A stretch of 63,863 nucleotides of DNA from Myxococcota bacterium (GTDB lineage Bacteria > Myxococcota > XYA12-FULL-58-9 > JALHOP01): NCBI GenBank assembly GCA_041288095.1, contig JBGGMJ010000175.1, positions 1 through 63,863 on the forward strand, read 5' to 3'. A program made the position numbers and the translations under genes. A model generated the notes under the pieces. The model made no database searches and had not been told where the DNA came from. It was given only the letters and a program-made list of their open reading frames with translations. Shown in pieces: positions 44,046-52,662 of this stretch (positions within the stretch are counted from its first letter, which is position 1; the number at the start of each line of letters is the position of its first letter).

Positions 44046-45347
44046 ATGACAATCGTCATACCGCTGTGCGCGAGCCTCTTGCTCGTTTTGGCGAACTGCT
44101 TCTTCGTGGCGTCGGAGTTCGCGCTCATCAAAGTGCGGCCGACGCGCCTCATGATGCGCGCGGCTTCCGGCGACCGTCGCGCCCGCACGGCCCTGCACAT
44201 CTCGCGACGACTCGATGTCTATCTGTCGGCGAATCAGCTCGGGGTCACCTTGGCGTCGCTGGGCTTGGGTTGGCTCGGTGAGCCGGCGTTCGCGCGGCTC
44301 TTGGCTCCATACCTGTCGTCTTTTGGAGACTGGTCCGGGATTGCGAGCCACGGTCTTGCCGCAGCGCTCGCGCTGGCGCTGATCACGACCTTGCACGTCG
44401 TACTCGGCGAGCTCGTCCCCAAGACGCTGGCGCTCGATCACGCGGAGGCCGTCGCCTTGGCCACGGCGATTCCACTGCATGTGTTCTACCTGGCCACCTT
44501 GCCGGTCACCTGGACACTCAACGCCTTCGCGCGGCTGACGTTGCGCGGCCTGCGCGTGCGGGCGGCAAGCGACGCCGATCGCAGACACTCGGCCGCGGAG
44601 CTACGACTCGTGCTCGCGCAGGGAAACCTCGACCCTGGGGCACGCCGGCTGATCGATCGCGTCTTCGACTACACCCGACGCACGGCCTCTCAGATCATGA
44701 CCATGCGGCGGGACGTGGTCGTCTTGAAGAGCGCCGAGTCTTTCGCCGCGAACCTCGAGATTGCGCTCGCGCACCAGTTCACCCGCTATCCCGTCGTCGA
44801 CTCGACAGACCGGGTTTTGGGCTACGCGCACATCAAAGACATGACCGCCGCGCTCTTGGCGAAGCGCAAGCAGGTTCACATGTCGGAGCTCATCCGCGAC
44901 GCTGTGTACGCTGAAGCAGACAGCGGGCTCGAGGATATCCGTCGTGACCTCCAGACCCGCCACGTGCACGTTGCCATGGTACGCGACGAGCGTGGCGCGT
45001 TGCTCGGGATCGTCACGCTCGAGGATCTGCTCGAGGAGCTCGTCGGTGAGATTCGTGACGAGCAGGACGCGGCCGAGGTCGCCCCCATCGTACGCGGCGT
45101 GCCCGGGCGCTTCGAGGTCGATGGTCGTTTGACGCTGGACGTCGCGCAGCGCGAGCTGGACCTGCGCTTCGACGACGTTTCGAGCGATGTCGAGACCATC
45201 GGTGAGTACGTCGCGGCGCACTTGAAGGCACCCAAGCCCGGCGCCTTCATCCACGCGGGCGGCTATCGTTTGACGGTGCTCGAGATGCGCGACAATCGCC
45301 TCCATCGCGTGCGTGGCGAGCGCTTCGCGGCGGAACAACAAAACTGA
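44046..45347 (+). CDS. Hemolysin-family CNNM/CBS/CorC transporter
   Basis: FFVASEFAL, QLGVTLASLGLGWLGEP, GELVPK, GIVTLEDLLEELVGEI.DE. Confidence 0.93.
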   Translation: MTIVIPLCASLLLVLANCFFVASEFALIKVRPTRLMMRAASGDRRARTALHISRRLDVYLSANQLGVTLASLGLGWLGEPAFARLLAPYLSSFGDWSGIASHGLAAALALALITTLHVVLGELVPKTLALDHAEAVALATAIPLHVFYLATLPVTWTLNAFARLTLRGLRVRAASDADRRHSAAELRLVLAQGNLDPGARRLIDRVFDYTRRTASQIMTMRRDVVVLKSAESFAANLEIALAHQFTRYPVVDSTDRVLGYAHIKDMTAALLAKRKQVHMSELIRDAVYAEADSGLEDIRRDLQTRHVHVAMVRDERGALLGIVTLEDLLEELVGEIRDEQDAAEVAPIVRGVPGRFEVDGRLTLDVAQRELDLRFDDVSSDVETIGEYVAAHLKAPKPGAFIHAGGYRLTVLEMRDNRLHRVRGERFAAEQQN

Positions 45348-45425
45348 CAACATGCTGACACTGAGGGCTTCTATGCTCTCCTGGTGATTCGGCGCATCCC
45401 GCGCCGGCGTCCATCGGGAGATGTG

Positions 45426-45830
45426 ATGAAGACCATCCAGGGAAGCTGTCATTGCCGCGCCGTTCGTTTCGCCGTCAGCACCGACTTGTCGCGAGCCAGC
45501 CGTTGCAACTGCAACATTTGCCAACGCACCGGCGCCACCGCGGTCATCGTCAAGCCGGCTCAGTTCGAGCTGCTCGCCGGCAAAGAGGCGCTCGCGAGCT
45601 ATACCCGTACACCCGAGATTGGCCGCCGCTTCTTCTGCAAAACCTGCGGCATTCACTGTTATGGCGCCGGCCACCTCGAGGAGATCGGCGGCGACTTCGT
45701 GTCGGTGAACGCCAACTGCTTCGACGAGGTCGATCCCAACGGCTTGCCGATCGTCTATTGGGACGGCCGCCACGACAACTGGGGCGCCGGCACTCGCGAT
45801 CGGCCCTGGCCGCTGCTTGCGACCGGTTAG
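45426..45830 (+). CDS. GFA (CENP-V) family protein
   Basis: GSCHC.AVRF, CNC.IC, FC..CG. Confidence 0.92.
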   Translation: MKTIQGSCHCRAVRFAVSTDLSRASRCNCNICQRTGATAVIVKPAQFELLAGKEALASYTRTPEIGRRFFCKTCGIHCYGAGHLEEIGGDFVSVNANCFDEVDPNGLPIVYWDGRHDNWGAGTRDRPWPLLATG

Positions 45831-46519
45831 TCGTCGTCGAGGTCGCCCACGACTCCGTTATGATGGACGACGACGGAGGCGCGGCCGCTACCGTTCTCGC
45901 GCTCGAAGATGAAGCGGGTTGCCCGTTCACCGGAGCGAACGACGATGTCGGACGGCGACCGCGAGACGTATTCTCGGCCGTCGAAATAGAATTCGTGGCC
46001 GTCGTCGGCTTCCTTCGCCTCGGCGTCGACGGCACGGGTCCGGTCGAGCGCGCGCGCCAACGCCCGCGCGTTCACCGGTTGCGCGAGGGTGAGCACGAAC
46101 GCTTGCGAATGCGGTGCTCGCTCGATGGTGGTGACGCCCACGCGGGCGAGGATCCGATCGACGTCCTCGACGCCGGTCTCGACGAAACCGTCGCGCCAGG
46201 CTTCGACGATGCTCGGGTGACGCGAGCGCGCCACGATGACGTCGGGCGACACGTCGGCAAAGGCCCGCGGCTCACAGAGCTCCGGGTAGGCCGCGCGGGC
46301 GCTGTTCAAAGCCCAGGCGTAGTCGCTCGCGAGTCGGTCGTTGTAGCGGATGTCCGTTTGATAGCGCAGCGCCAGAACGAAAGCGTCTTCGCTGCTGGCG
46401 TCCGCGCAAACGGTCATCGGGCGCGTGCCCGGATGATCGAACTCGCTCGGATCGGACACCTCGTCCTCGGAGCCACACGCCGCCAACCCGATCGCCACCG
46501 CAACGAGAAGTCGTTTCAC
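45827..46519 (-). CDS. Hypothetical lipoprotein (paralog of 35073-35750)
   Basis: GTG start, KRLLVAVAIGLAAC lipobox; DAFVLALRYQ, YPELC, AWRDGFVETG, VNARALA. Confidence 0.8.
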   Translation of the reverse strand: MKRLLVAVAIGLAACGSEDEVSDPSEFDHPGTRPMTVCADASSEDAFVLALRYQTDIRYNDRLASDYAWALNSARAAYPELCEPRAFADVSPDVIVARSRHPSIVEAWRDGFVETGVEDVDRILARVGVTTIERAPHSQAFVLTLAQPVNARALARALDRTRAVDAEAKEADDGHEFYFDGREYVSRSPSDIVVRSGERATRFIFERENGSGRASVVVHHNGVVGDLDDD

Positions 46520-46729
46520 TGTGCCCGTCCCCTGGATGGGAATCATAGCACCGCGCGCGCCGTGTCGCCGCCGCGGCAGCGCCTGCTCGCGCCTCCGGGA
46601 TGTGGGCTCATGGTGGTGGGCGGGAGCCGAGATGCGGCGTGCCCTGAATGCCACATGGGTCAATGCGCGGCGGGACGCTGACAACCAAGCTCGTCGTCGT
46701 TACGTCATTGGGCGAGGGGGGAATTCAAT

Positions 46730-46981
46730 ATGAAGAGTATGATCCTGGCGGCTCTCGCCGCGTTGACGATGAGCGTTGTTGCCTGCAGCAGCTCGATGCA
46801 CGAGGTGCAGCAGAACAACAAAGAGACCGCCTGCCAAAGCGGATGCATTCAAGGCCGCGACCGTTGCATCAGTGAGTGCCAGTCACGGGCCGCGACCGGA
46901 CAGAATCCGGACAACGCCTCGTGTCAGCTCGCGTGCGACGATGCGCGCAAGGAATGCAACGAAGAGTGCGTTGACGACTAG
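46730..46981 (+). CDS. Small Cys-rich lipoprotein
   Basis: Lipobox VVAC; two C-x3-C-x6-C-x3-C units. Confidence 0.8.
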   Translation: MKSMILAALAALTMSVVACSSSMHEVQQNNKETACQSGCIQGRDRCISECQSRAATGQNPDNASCQLACDDARKECNEECVDD

Positions 46982-47086
46982 CCGTCGTCACGGCGACGCC
47001 GCGGTCGCGTGTTACGCGCGGTCGCGGCGGTCGCGCCCGTCCGAGGCGGTTGTGCTCGCACGGCCGTTGGACTAGGCGAGATCCTC

Positions 47087-47638
47087 ATGAAGACCATTGC
47101 GGTGATTGTCGGGAGTCTGCGGAAAGACTCGTTGAACAAGAAGCTCGCCCAAGCAGTCGAGGCGCTCGCCAAGGACTTGTGGACCTGCCGCTACGCCGAC
47201 ATCGGCGCTTTGCCGCTCTACAACGAGGACCTTTGGCCGAGTCCACCGGCCCCGGTGGGCGCTCTGAAGCAGCTCATCGAGAGCAGCGACGGCGTCCTCG
47301 TGGTGACGCCGGAATACAATCGCTCCGTCCCCGGCGTGCTCAAGAACGCGCTCGATTGGGCCTCGCGACCCAGCGGTAAGAGCTCGTTCAAGCACAAGCC
47401 CGCCGCGGTGCTCGGGGCATCGAGCGGCCAGGTCGGCACCGCCGTCGCGCAAGCGCACTTGCGCGGTATCCTCGGCCCATCCGGCGCGACACCAATGCAG
47501 TCTCCCGAGGTCTACATCACCGCCAAGGAAGGTCTCTTCGACGCCGGCGGCGCCATCACCGACGAGAAGATCCGCGCCAACATCCAGAAGCACATCGACG
47601 CGTTCGACGCGTGGATTGCCCGCTTGTCGCCCGACTAG
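47087..47638 (+). CDS. NAD(P)H-dependent FMN reductase (ChrR/YieF-like)
   Basis: GSLRKDSLN, LPLYNED, TPEYNRSVPGVLKNALDWASRP. Confidence 0.94.
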   Translation: MKTIAVIVGSLRKDSLNKKLAQAVEALAKDLWTCRYADIGALPLYNEDLWPSPPAPVGALKQLIESSDGVLVVTPEYNRSVPGVLKNALDWASRPSGKSSFKHKPAAVLGASSGQVGTAVAQAHLRGILGPSGATPMQSPEVYITAKEGLFDAGGAITDEKIRANIQKHIDAFDAWIARLSPD

Positions 47639-47644
47639 GCGGCG

Positions 47645-48427
47645 CTAGAAACCCAGGCCGGCGCGGAAGACGCTCTTCTTGACGTCGTAATCCAGCAGGC
47701 TTTCGCCGTAACCATGGAAGTACTGAAGTACGATCTGCGCCGCCGACGAAGACAGCAAGCGCGGCGCGAAGCGCAGGGTGAGCTCCTGACCGCCCTGGAA
47801 TGGGTTCATGTGTGATGGACCGCCACCAAAGAAGCGCAAGGTGATGTCGCCGCGGTCGAGCCACGTGCCGAAGGCATCGACCAGCGAGACCTGCGCTTCG
47901 TAGAGACCGCGCCGGCGGGCGATGTCGGTGTTGTCGTAGTCGTAGTTGTAGGGCACCCAGGCCTTGATGTTCCAATGGATGCGCGCCCTACTCGTGCTCG
48001 ATAGAGCGTGCGTCATGCTATAGCGGATGTAACTGCGGTCCCACGACCGCGAATCGTGACCGCTACGGCCGTTCGACTCGTGCTCGTAGAGGCCGAGGTC
48101 GACGTACCAGCTCGGCGCGTCGCCGAGCTCGAAGCGGTAGAAAATTTCGGGGTTGTAGTTGAGGTCGTGGAAAGGCTTCGACTCCTCCCACAAGCGCCAG
48201 AGCATGACCTGCGAATACCCGGCGTAGAGGCCGGTGAGCGGCAGCATCTTCACGCGGAACGACATCTGCAGCTTGGTCTCGGGGTTGCCGAAGAGCGCGT
48301 AGATCGGCTTGTACTGCTCGATGCGCGTGGAGGCTTGGACTTCGTCGACGTACGCTAAAGCGGCGCGGGGAAGCAGCGAGGCCGCCGCCATGCCAACCAG
48401 CACGGCGACCCGGATGGCGCGAAGCAT
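47645..48427 (-). CDS. pldA: Outer-membrane phospholipase A (OMPLA)
   Basis: Signal peptide; NYNPEIF, HESNG....SRSWDR, YFHGYGESLLDY, C-terminal F. Confidence 0.88.
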   Translation of the reverse strand: MLRAIRVAVLVGMAAASLLPRAALAYVDEVQASTRIEQYKPIYALFGNPETKLQMSFRVKMLPLTGLYAGYSQVMLWRLWEESKPFHDLNYNPEIFYRFELGDAPSWYVDLGLYEHESNGRSGHDSRSWDRSYIRYSMTHALSSTSRARIHWNIKAWVPYNYDYDNTDIARRRGLYEAQVSLVDAFGTWLDRGDITLRFFGGGPSHMNPFQGGQELTLRFAPRLLSSSAAQIVLQYFHGYGESLLDYDVKKSVFRAGLGF

Positions 48428-48432
48428 GTGCG

Positions 48433-48798
48433 TCAGGTTCCTTGGGTGAGGCGCGTGACCCGAAACTCGTCATGGCCGCTCTGCCTGACGGCGAACTTCG
48501 CCCCTTTGAGGTCGGGGCGTTCCGAGGTCATCCTGCTGGCGTGGATGAACAACGACACCACCTCGGGGAGATTCAGTGCGATCTCGACACCGACGAGTGG
48601 TTTGAGGTCGCGGACCCGCGCGATGTCATAGCCGCCACCAGAACGGGCGAGGGCAACGAAGCGCGAGTCGTCGAACTCCGGCAGGTCGGATCGACCGAAC
48701 GGGCCGATCTTCAGCTCGACCGCCTGTGCTGGTGCGAGGCGTCGCGTCTCGCCCATCGCGATGGTGAGAAGGCTACTATTCGGGAAGTTCAAGCTCAT
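48433..48798 (-). CDS. Hypothetical protein (121 aa)
   Basis: Fills gap co-directionally; no signal peptide; no family recognised. Confidence 0.6.
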   Translation of the reverse strand: MSLNFPNSSLLTIAMGETRRLAPAQAVELKIGPFGRSDLPEFDDSRFVALARSGGGYDIARVRDLKPLVGVEIALNLPEVVSLFIHASRMTSERPDLKGAKFAVRQSGHDEFRVTRLTQGT

Positions 48799-48864
48799 TG
48801 CGCGTAGACCGGCCCGGTGTCGGCGTTCCTGACTCCAGTATCGGCTGCCGGCGCCTACGGTTGC
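48799..48864 (-). promoter_or_regulatory. Putative sigma28-like promoter and conserved leader
   Basis: Minus-strand GCAA-N15-GCCGATAC, 39 nt before ATG; aligns with 5804-5869. Confidence 0.45.
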
Positions 48865-49712
48865 GCGGAAGGTGCTGGCTTCGCGACGGGATTCCCTGTG
48901 GGGACGGGCGTCGGCTTGATCCGCGGCTCGAGCCAGCGGCGGATGCGCCCAGCGTCGCCGAAGACCGACTGCATCTCACGGGAACCCAGGAACACCATGT
49001 CGATCGGCCGGTTCGCGAGGTGCATGCGTACGACCAACGTGCGGCCGGCTTCCACGGTGTAACCAGTCTTGCCGATGACGATGTCCCAGTTGGTGGAGTG
49101 CACCAGACGGTCGGGATTGCGCAGGGTGATCGGGCCGCGGTTGGTCTCGAGCTCGATCGTCGGCGCGTTGAGCATGGTGCGTAGGTCGTCGAGCGGGGAA
49201 GCGGCGTCGAGCAGTCGGGTCAGGTCGACCGCGGTGGAGACGTTGCCCGGATCGATGCCGGCCGGATCGACGAACTTGCTGTTGGTCATGCCGATCTCGG
49301 CCGCTTTAGCGTTCATGAGGGCAACGAACGCCTGGCGATCCATGATGGTTCGCACCGCGGCGTAGATGGCGCGATTGTCCGACGCGCCGAGCCCGGCGCG
49401 AAGCAGGTCGCCCCAGGACATCGAGACGCTCACCGGCAAGCGTGACTTCGACCACTTCACGCGGTCCTTGTCGTCTTCGAGCACCACCACGGTCCGTTCG
49501 CGGTCGACCTGCATCGAGGCGAGCACCAAGCCGGTGAGGAGCTTGGTGACGCTGGCGATTGGGCGGACCACCATCGGGTTTTTCTTGAGGACGACCTCGC
49601 CGGTGTCGGCGAAGCGGACGAAGACGGTCTCCGACCGGAGGTGCGGATTGCCGTCGGCGTCGCGCTCCGGGAGGGCGAGCGCGCTCATGAGCATCAAGCA
49701 TGCGACAGTCAC
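48855..49712 (-). CDS. D-alanyl-D-alanine endo/carboxypeptidase, S11 family (PbpG-like)
   Basis: PIASVTKL (SxxK), SDN, KTGYT.EAG; GTGA overlap with GST. Confidence 0.9.
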   Translation of the reverse strand: MTVACLMLMSALALPERDADGNPHLRSETVFVRFADTGEVVLKKNPMVVRPIASVTKLLTGLVLASMQVDRERTVVVLEDDKDRVKWSKSRLPVSVSMSWGDLLRAGLGASDNRAIYAAVRTIMDRQAFVALMNAKAAEIGMTNSKFVDPAGIDPGNVSTAVDLTRLLDAASPLDDLRTMLNAPTIELETNRGPITLRNPDRLVHSTNWDIVIGKTGYTVEAGRTLVVRMHLANRPIDMVFLGSREMQSVFGDAGRIRRWLEPRIKPTPVPTGNPVAKPAPSAQP

Positions 49713-50356
49713 GCTTTTGCCCTCGCGACCGCGCGCTGGTAGGCGGGCCTCGCACGAACGCGCTCGACGTACGCGGCGACGTTGGCGCCGACGACACCGC
49801 CGCGCAATGATGACTGCTCCAGCGGAAAGCTCATGAGCACATCGGCGCCCGTCGGCTCGCCGCCCGCGAACCACGAGCGCCCTTCGAGCTCGCGCTCGAT
49901 GAAGCTCAAGTGCAACGCGATTTCGGGGTCTATGACCACCGCGGAGACCTTCTTCGAGAACGCCTTGGCGAGAGGCTTCATGAGCGCGGGCGCGCCCTGT
50001 GGGATCTTGTTGAAGATGAGCTTCATGACCAGGTTCGGCATGAACGAGCCCTCGGCGTAATGCAGCCAGTAGCGGTAGCGCTCGTAGTCGGGCGTACCTT
50101 GGGCGGGACGCCACTTTCCTCCGCCATAGCGGTCGATGATGTCCTCGATGATGACCGCCGATTCGGCGAGGACGCGGTTGCCGTCGGTGAGGATGGGCGA
50201 CTTGCCGAGAGGATGGATCGTCCGCAGCTCGGGCGGAGCGCGGTAAGTCGCGCGGTTACGGTCGTAGTGTTTCACCGCATACGAAAGCCCCAGCTCCTCG
50301 AGCAGCCAGAGGATGCGGATGGAACGTGAAACCTCGAGGTGGTGGACCGTGATCAT
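49709..50356 (-). CDS. Glutathione S-transferase
   Basis: SRS.RILWLLEEL, HPLGKSP, LAESAVI, WLHYAEGS. Confidence 0.94.
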   Translation of the reverse strand: MITVHHLEVSRSIRILWLLEELGLSYAVKHYDRNRATYRAPPELRTIHPLGKSPILTDGNRVLAESAVIIEDIIDRYGGGKWRPAQGTPDYERYRYWLHYAEGSFMPNLVMKLIFNKIPQGAPALMKPLAKAFSKKVSAVVIDPEIALHLSFIERELEGRSWFAGGEPTGADVLMSFPLEQSSLRGGVVGANVAAYVERVRARPAYQRAVARAKA

Positions 50357-50400
50357 CGCGCTTGCAGGCCGTAGCCCAGCCGCGTAGTGGCTGTCGAGCC

Positions 50401-51282
50401 ATGCACAAGATCGTCATTTCGCTCCTCCTTGCCTCGACCGCTTGCGCCTCGTTGCGGGCGAACCCGCGCGGCCTGACGTCGGCCGAAGTGCTGGCGCAAG
50501 CGCCGGAGTTCGACTGGGAAGAGATCCCGGCCGATGACCTCCTGCTCGCGGACACGACGCGCGGCCGTATCGTCATCGCGCTGGCGCCGGAGATGGCGGT
50601 CCACACGGTGGAAAACGTGCGCAAGCTCGCTCGCGCTCACTTCTACGACGGCCTGGCGTTCATCCGCGCGCAGGAGGACTACGTCGCGCAGTGGGGGGAC
50701 GCTGACGGAACCAAGCCCATCGTCGACGCCGAGAAGACCGTCAAAGCGGAGTTCTCGCGGACGCCCGCGGGGCTGGAATTCTACAAGCTACCCGAGAGCG
50801 ATACCTACGCACCCGAGACCGGCTTCATCCGCGGCTTCCCGGCGGCGCGCGGCCACGACGAAGCCTGGCTCGTGCACTGCTACGGCATGGTCGGCGTCGG
50901 CCGCGACGAGGCAGCGGACAGCGGCAGCGGCAGCGAGCTCTACATGGTGATCGGCCACGCCCCGCGCCATCTCGACCGCAACGTCACGCTCATCGGCCGC
51001 GTCGTCGAGGGCATGTCGATCATCTCGACGTTGCCGCGCGGCACCGCCGAGATGGGGTTCTACGCGACCCCGGCCGAGCGCACGCCGCTCGAGCGCGTGC
51101 GTATCGTCGCCGACCTTCCGGAAAGCGAGCGTCCGCGATACCGAACACTGCGCAGCGGCAGCACGAGCTTCGCCGACCTCATCGAATCGCGGCGCAACCG
51201 CCAGGACCCGTGGACCAAGCACCCCGCTGGCAAGATCGACGTGTGCAACGTCCCCAACGCGACGCAGCGCATCGACAAATGA
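50401..51282 (+). CDS. Cyclophilin-type peptidyl-prolyl isomerase, lipoprotein
   Basis: Lipobox STAC; FYDGL.F.RAQ..YVAQWGD, HCYGMVGVGR, HLDRN.T..GRVV.GM. Confidence 0.88.
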   Translation: MHKIVISLLLASTACASLRANPRGLTSAEVLAQAPEFDWEEIPADDLLLADTTRGRIVIALAPEMAVHTVENVRKLARAHFYDGLAFIRAQEDYVAQWGDADGTKPIVDAEKTVKAEFSRTPAGLEFYKLPESDTYAPETGFIRGFPAARGHDEAWLVHCYGMVGVGRDEAADSGSGSELYMVIGHAPRHLDRNVTLIGRVVEGMSIISTLPRGTAEMGFYATPAERTPLERVRIVADLPESERPRYRTLRSGSTSFADLIESRRNRQDPWTKHPAGKIDVCNVPNATQRIDK

Positions 51283-51286
51283 TGCA

Positions 51287-51718
51287 TTAGTAACGCGGGA
51301 TGGTGGTGTCGAACTGGGCGCCGAGCGAGGCCAACACCTGGTGTTCGCGCTCGTAACCGTAGCCTGCGGCCACGTTGCTCTCGCTCTGCCAGCCGCTACC
51401 GGGCTCGAATTGGACTTCGAGCAAGCGGGTTACCGCGACGTCGTAGTCCGCCATGGTGAAGCGCCAGCGCTCGCGCATGCCGACACCGAGCGTCGTCTCG
51501 GTGGGGGAGACGGCCTCGACCAGGCCGCGCTCGGGAGCGACGGTGACGAGCTCCCAGCCTTCGGCGCGCGCCAGGCGGGTGATGGCGTCGCAGACCACCG
51601 GAGCGACCGCGGCGATGGTGACCGAGGGGGCACGATAGCCGCTCGTTTGAACGCCGCCGCTGGTGGTGGCGCAGGCAGTGCTGATGAGAATGATGAGCGC
51701 GAGGCCGACGAAACGCAT
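51287..51718 (-). CDS. Hypothetical lipoprotein
   Basis: MRFVGLALIILISTAC; GGAG RBS. Confidence 0.78.
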   Translation of the reverse strand: MRFVGLALIILISTACATTSGGVQTSGYRAPSVTIAAVAPVVCDAITRLARAEGWELVTVAPERGLVEAVSPTETTLGVGMRERWRFTMADYDVAVTRLLEVQFEPGSGWQSESNVAAGYGYEREHQVLASLGAQFDTTIPRY

Positions 51719-51838
51719 GTGCTCTCCCTGGTCGCGGAGAGCTCATTCACGTGTCGTGCCGGCGTCGAACGGCGCCGGCCGCGCCTCGTATTGCGATGAG
51801 ACAGCGCTCGCGGGCCGGGTGCACGAGCCCCTGGGACG

Positions 51839-52516
51839 CTACGGAGCGGTGATGATGTAGGGGGAAGAGGCCCCGGTATCCGCGAGCGCGACGACGTAGA
51901 GCGTGTCGCCACTGTCTGCTTTCACGGCCACCGCTAGGCTGCCATCTTGGGCCGCGACGCCGGTGCTGGTGCTGCCGCGGTCGAGGTTGGCAACCGCGAC
52001 GATCACTCCGCCGCCAAAGGAGCCCGCGGGGAAGACGACATTGGCGTTTGCGGCGTCGACGCGGGTCGTACTGGCGGCTGCGAACTCGGGCGGGTCATCG
52101 CCGGCGACCGCGGTTCCGTCGGGCACCAGGATGTTGCTGGCGACTGGTGTGTCGATGGCGGCCGAGATGGTCTGGCGTCCAGCGACCACGACCGCGACGT
52201 TGATGGTGGTCGTAAGCTCACCAATGAGCGCGACGTTGAACGAGCCGTCGTCGTCGGCGGTGGTACGCGCTTGGCTCGTGCCGGAGCTTGCGACGATGGT
52301 CGCGCCCCCGTCGACGGTCGCGGGGAGGCCGAATACCAGGGTGACGCCGGACGCGCGCGTGGCAAACAAGCCGACGCCGCTCGCGAAGCCCGCCGGCATG
52401 TCGACCTCTTCGTTGTTACGCGCGTCATCGGTCTGATCGGGCAGGGGCACGCCGTCGATGACACACGCCCAGGGGGCGAATGCGATTGCGACGAGGACTG
52501 TAACGCGGCGCATCAT
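51839..52516 (-). CDS. Hypothetical lipoprotein with two internal beta-sandwich-like repeats
   Basis: MMRRVTVLVAIAFAPWAC; repeated G.(V/F).GG..(I/V)....A..DGS(F/L).V.(L/V) units. Confidence 0.78.
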   Translation of the reverse strand: MMRRVTVLVAIAFAPWACVIDGVPLPDQTDDARNNEEVDMPAGFASGVGLFATRASGVTLVFGLPATVDGGATIVASSGTSQARTTADDDGSFNVALIGELTTTINVAVVVAGRQTISAAIDTPVASNILVPDGTAVAGDDPPEFAAASTTRVDAANANVVFPAGSFGGGVIVAVANLDRGSTSTGVAAQDGSLAVAVKADSGDTLYVVALADTGASSPYIITAP

Positions 52517-52554
52517 GCGACCTGTCTCCAAGCGTGCTCGAACCTCGAACTAGA

Positions 52555-52571
52555 AGCATGCGCGGTGCCAA
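52555..52571 (-). promoter_or_regulatory. Sigma54 (-24/-12) promoter
   Basis: Minus-strand TTGGCACCGCGCATGCT = GG-N10-GC, 38 nt before lipoprotein start. Confidence 0.75.
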
Positions 52572-52621
52572 CGTGGGTGGTCAATGACTTCAACGGGTTA
52601 AGGAGTGCTCGGAAGCCCAGC

Positions 52622-52639
52622 TGTCAACCTGCGTTGACA
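52622..52639. promoter_or_regulatory. Palindromic enhancer-like site (candidate UAS)
   Basis: TGTCAAC-CTGC-GTTGACA, 50 bp upstream of the sigma54 promoter. Confidence 0.6.
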
Positions 52640-52662
52640 CAACCCCGCAAACCTTTGCCACG

